64,000 bases of DNA, from the NCBI RefSeq assembly GCF_001897685.1, contig NZ_MKUG01000102.1:7937-71936 (forward strand), in the 5' to 3' direction. This document shows positions 61,071 through 64,000 of the stretch, one piece after another. This stretch comes from Thiobacillus sp. 65-1402. Its GTDB lineage: Bacteria; Pseudomonadota; Gammaproteobacteria; Burkholderiales; Thiobacillaceae. Position numbers and translations under genes: made by a program. Numbering within the stretch: the first letter of the stretch is position 1; every line of letters begins with the position of its first letter. A model generated the notes under the pieces. It saw nothing but the letters and a program-made list of their open reading frames with translations. It was not told the DNA's origin and made no database searches.

Positions 61071-61406
61071 TCAGTGCGTACGCTGCGGCGCCTTGTTGCC
61101 CGCGATCCGCTTTAACTCGCCTTCATGTGCTTCATATTCGCCCAGATGCGCGCGCATCAGGCTTTTCCAAAGTTTTCCGTGGTTTGGCACGAAGAAGTGG
61201 AGCAGCTCGTGGACGATGATGTAGTCCCATAGCTCGGGTTTCAGGCCGGGCAGTTCGTCGCTGAAATTCAAATGGCCCGCGGTCGAACACGATGCCCATT
61301 TGTTCCTCATCGGCCGCACACCCAACCAGACGATCTTTACGTCCAGCTTGTCGGCCCATAGCCGGACGCGCTGTTTGAACTGGCCTTTGTGATCGATTGC
61401 CTTCAT
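61071..61406 (-). CDS. Short M48/YgjP-like zinc metalloprotease domain protein
   Basis: KWASCS, YIIVHELLH..NH..W; directly downstream of hsdR. Confidence 0.8.
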   Translation of the reverse strand: MKAIDHKGQFKQRVRLWADKLDVKIVWLGVRPMRNKWASCSTAGHLNFSDELPGLKPELWDYIIVHELLHFFVPNHGKLWKSLMRAHLGEYEAHEGELKRIAGNKAPQRTH

Positions 61407-61411
61407 TGCCG

Positions 61412-64000
61412 CTAAATCCGATCCGCCTTTTCCAGCAGCGTAAACAACTCATCCACCATCGCCGTCACCCGATTCAGGTCGTCAGTTTCCGCGAAGATGG
61501 CGAAGGTCACTTTCTTGCGGAGTTCACGGATGGCGCTTTCGCTGCGTTTCCAGTTCGGAAACTCGGTGAAGGCGTGGCGAATCTTCCGGCTGACCGCCTC
61601 TGCGTTCTGAATCTTCGCGTCCAGCAGGCTGCGGTAGACAAAATAGGTCAGGCCATCGAAAGACTTTTCGGCCTGATCCTTCTTCCTCGTTTCATTGCTT
61701 TCCACTTCACGCAGCAATTCGGCCAGAGCTTCGGCAGTGCTGGTTTGGCGGTCCTCGAAGCTCTCCTGAACCGCCCTCGCACGTTCTGCCATGGCGATGA
61801 GGTAAGGGTCGTCGCTACCTTCCTCGGCCAGTTTTTCAATGCTTTTGATCAGGTTGATGACTTTGGTGCCATCCCCGCCGCTCTTGTTCTTGATCAGCTC
61901 AATGGTATTGCCATCGATCGCGACAATCTCGCCCAGACCGCCCACGCCATAACTGCCGACCTGCTGCTGCACCAGATGGTTGGTCTTGGCCTGAAACTCG
62001 CGGTCGACCATCACGGTCCTGGTGTAGGCCTTCCGGACGATCTGGTAGATCGCCGATAAGGTTCCATAGTCGCCAATGAACGGGCGCAGGAAGGCATCGG
62101 GCGAGATGATCTCGTAGAGCATCTCTATTTCTTTGTATTCCTTGAAGAACTCCTTCCGCCGCTCCGGATCGCGGAAATGCTCGATCAGGGTGTCGACATC
62201 CTTGTCGTTGAAGTTGCGCTCGATTAAACCGAGATACTCCGGAGCCTTGGACTCCATCTTGTTTTTGAAGAGCACCTTGAGCAGCTTCAGGTCCTTGACG
62301 ATGGCGTTGATCTCCTCGCTGTCGAAGGCCAGCGCCTTTTCCAGCTTGTCGAAGATGCCGACGAAATCGAGGACGAAGCCGTGGGGCTTCACCATCTCCT
62401 GCGCTTCGTTCTCGTAGGGGCGATTCACCCGGGCAATGGCCTGGAGCAGCGTGTGGTCGCGCATCGGCTTGTCGAGATACATGGCGTAGAGCACGGGCGC
62501 GTCGAAGCCGGTGAGCAGTTTCTCGGTGACGATGAGAATTTTCGGCATCTGGTCGAGTTTGCCGAAACTCTTGCGGATCTGCCGCTCCTTCTTCGGGTCG
62601 AGATGGAATTCCTTCAACAGCTTGGAGTCGTTGTTGCTGCCGGTGTAAACAACTTCGGAATACTCGGGAGGCAGAAACTGGTCGAGCGCGTGTTTGTAAT
62701 GGGCGCAAGCTTCACGGTCCACGCCGACGAGGAAAGCCTTGTAGCCGAGTGGCTCGACGTTTTCGCGGTAGTGCTCCGCGACGAATTGCGCCACTTTCTG
62801 GATCCGCTCCTTGCCCTTGAGGAAGTTCTTCAGGTTCACCGCCCGCTCAAGGATCTTGTTCAACTCCTCGATGTCCGCCACGCCTTCGGCTTCGGCAAGG
62901 GAAAGGAACTCCTTGTCCAATGTCTCGTGCGGCACGAGCATTTCATTCGGTGCGAGCTGGTAGTAGAGCGGCAGTGTCGTGCCGTCCTCGATGCTGTCGG
63001 CGATGGAATACTTGTGCAGGTAGCCTTGGTCATCCTCACAGCCGAAGGTCTTGAAGGTGCCCTTGCCATACACTGTTTTGTCCACCGGGGTGCCGGTGAA
63101 GCCGAGGTAGGTCGCATTTGGCAGGCCGGCCATTAGGAAGTTGCCGAGGTCGCCGCCAGTGGTGCGGTGGGCTTCGTCGATCAGGACGTAGATATTCGAG
63201 CGCAGGTTCAGATTCGCCGGCATGTCGCGGAACTTGTGGATCATCGTCACGATGATGCCGCGGTAGTCGTCGCGCAGCAGCTGGTTGAGCCGGGCGATGC
63301 TGCTCGCGTGCTCTAGATTGCCGAGGCCAAGCGCGGCGAGGTTCTTAAGCATCTGGTCTTCCAGCTCGTTGCGGTCGATCATCAGCAGCACGGTCGGCTT
63401 GTCCGCCCCGGGTGCGCGGAAGAGCCGTTCCGCCGCCTTGATCATGGTGAAGGTCTTGCCGCTGCCCTGGGTGTGCCAGACGAGGCCGCGCGCGCGTTTA
63501 GGATCGAGGGCGCGGCTGACGGTCGCCTCCACCGCGCCGGTCTGGTGCTGGCGCAGGATGTATTTGTTCAGCTCCTCGTCTTTCTCGGCAAAGACGATGT
63601 AGTCCTTCAGGAAGGCGAGCACCTGCGGGATGGCGCAGAAGCTCTTCACCTTGGCCTCCAGCTTGCCGACTTCCTCATCCTTCCAGTTGAAAATGTTCCG
63701 CCGCACCGTGTTCCAGCTCACCCCGTAAGAAAAGCCAATGGCGTCGGTGGCAGTGAAAAGCTGTTGCGACACGAACAGCTCGGGCGTCTCGCGGTGGTAA
63801 CGGCGGATCTGGTCCACCCCCAGGGCAATCGCCTCGTCCTTGTTGGCGTTCTTGCACTCGATCACCAGCACCGGGATGCCGTTGGTCAGGAAGACGACAT
63901 CCTCGCGCGTGCCGTAGTGGCCGTTGTGAAAAGCCCACTCCTCGGTAACTTCGTAAACATTGCGCGCCGGATCGTCGTAATCGATCAGGATCAGGTCGCG
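61412..64000 (-). CDS. hsdR: Type I restriction enzyme R subunit (5' part beyond window)
   Basis: Nuclease DVVFL..IECK, HTQGSGKT, DEAHR, FTGTP, LLTGFDAP, QAIARVNR. Confidence 0.92.
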   Translation of the reverse strand, partial: RDLILIDYDDPARNVYEVTEEWAFHNGHYGTREDVVFLTNGIPVLVIECKNANKDEAIALGVDQIRRYHRETPELFVSQQLFTATDAIGFSYGVSWNTVRRNIFNWKDEEVGKLEAKVKSFCAIPQVLAFLKDYIVFAEKDEELNKYILRQHQTGAVEATVSRALDPKRARGLVWHTQGSGKTFTMIKAAERLFRAPGADKPTVLLMIDRNELEDQMLKNLAALGLGNLEHASSIARLNQLLRDDYRGIIVTMIHKFRDMPANLNLRSNIYVLIDEAHRTTGGDLGNFLMAGLPNATYLGFTGTPVDKTVYGKGTFKTFGCEDDQGYLHKYSIADSIEDGTTLPLYYQLAPNEMLVPHETLDKEFLSLAEAEGVADIEELNKILERAVNLKNFLKGKERIQKVAQFVAEHYRENVEPLGYKAFLVGVDREACAHYKHALDQFLPPEYSEVVYTGSNNDSKLLKEFHLDPKKERQIRKSFGKLDQMPKILIVTEKLLTGFDAPVLYAMYLDKPMRDHTLLQAIARVNRPYENEAQEMVKPHGFVLDFVGIFDKLEKALAFDSEEINAIVKDLKLLKVLFKNKMESKAPEYLGLIERNFNDKDVDTLIEHFRDPERRKEFFKEYKEIEMLYEIISPDAFLRPFIGDYGTLSAIYQIVRKAYTRTVMVDREFQAKTNHLVQQQVGSYGVGGLGEIVAIDGNTIELIKNKSGGDGTKVINLIKSIEKLAEEGSDDPYLIAMAERARAVQESFEDRQTSTAEALAELLREVESNETRKKDQAEKSFDGLTYFVYRSLLDAKIQNAEAVSRKIRHAFTEFPNWKRSESAIRELRKKVTFAIFAETDDLNRVTAMVDELFTLLEKADRI

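Overview
GC-rich, betaproteobacterial-like window (taxonomy is an inference) in two parts. Positions 1-49.5 kb hold a C1/organosulfur catabolic supercluster. It begins with methanethiol oxidase (mtoX-SCO-mauG), a divergent Fae paralog, an acyl-CoA-dehydrogenase-like gene with a two-component system, and a XylM/AlkB-type membrane monooxygenase with a truncated globin and a XylA-type reductase. It continues with an osmC-lpd-gcvH-rhodanese operon, an OmpW/AlkL-like porin, and an essentially complete H4MPT/methylofuran formaldehyde-oxidation and cofactor-biosynthesis cluster (fhcBADC, mptG, mtdB, mch, fae, orf genes, dmrB, folE2). Four sigma54 promoters and a GAF-AAA+ activator appear to link these operons. 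From 49.6 kb to the end is an integrative element bounded by a tRNA-Ser(GGA) 3' fragment. It carries a tyrosine integrase, a DinJ/YafQ toxin-antitoxin pair, a WYL regulator, a heavy-metal RND cassette and a type I R-M hsdR. The most notable candidates are: a possible undescribed DMS/DMDS catabolic route (membrane diiron monooxygenase plus lipoyl-OsmC relay feeding MtoX and H4MPT); periodic arrays of degenerate ~24-bp palindromic sites at cassette borders in the island; and a Zn-finger/LAGLIDADG-like/PTPS fusion protein. All calls come from reading the sequence and from recalled family motifs; no searches were run.
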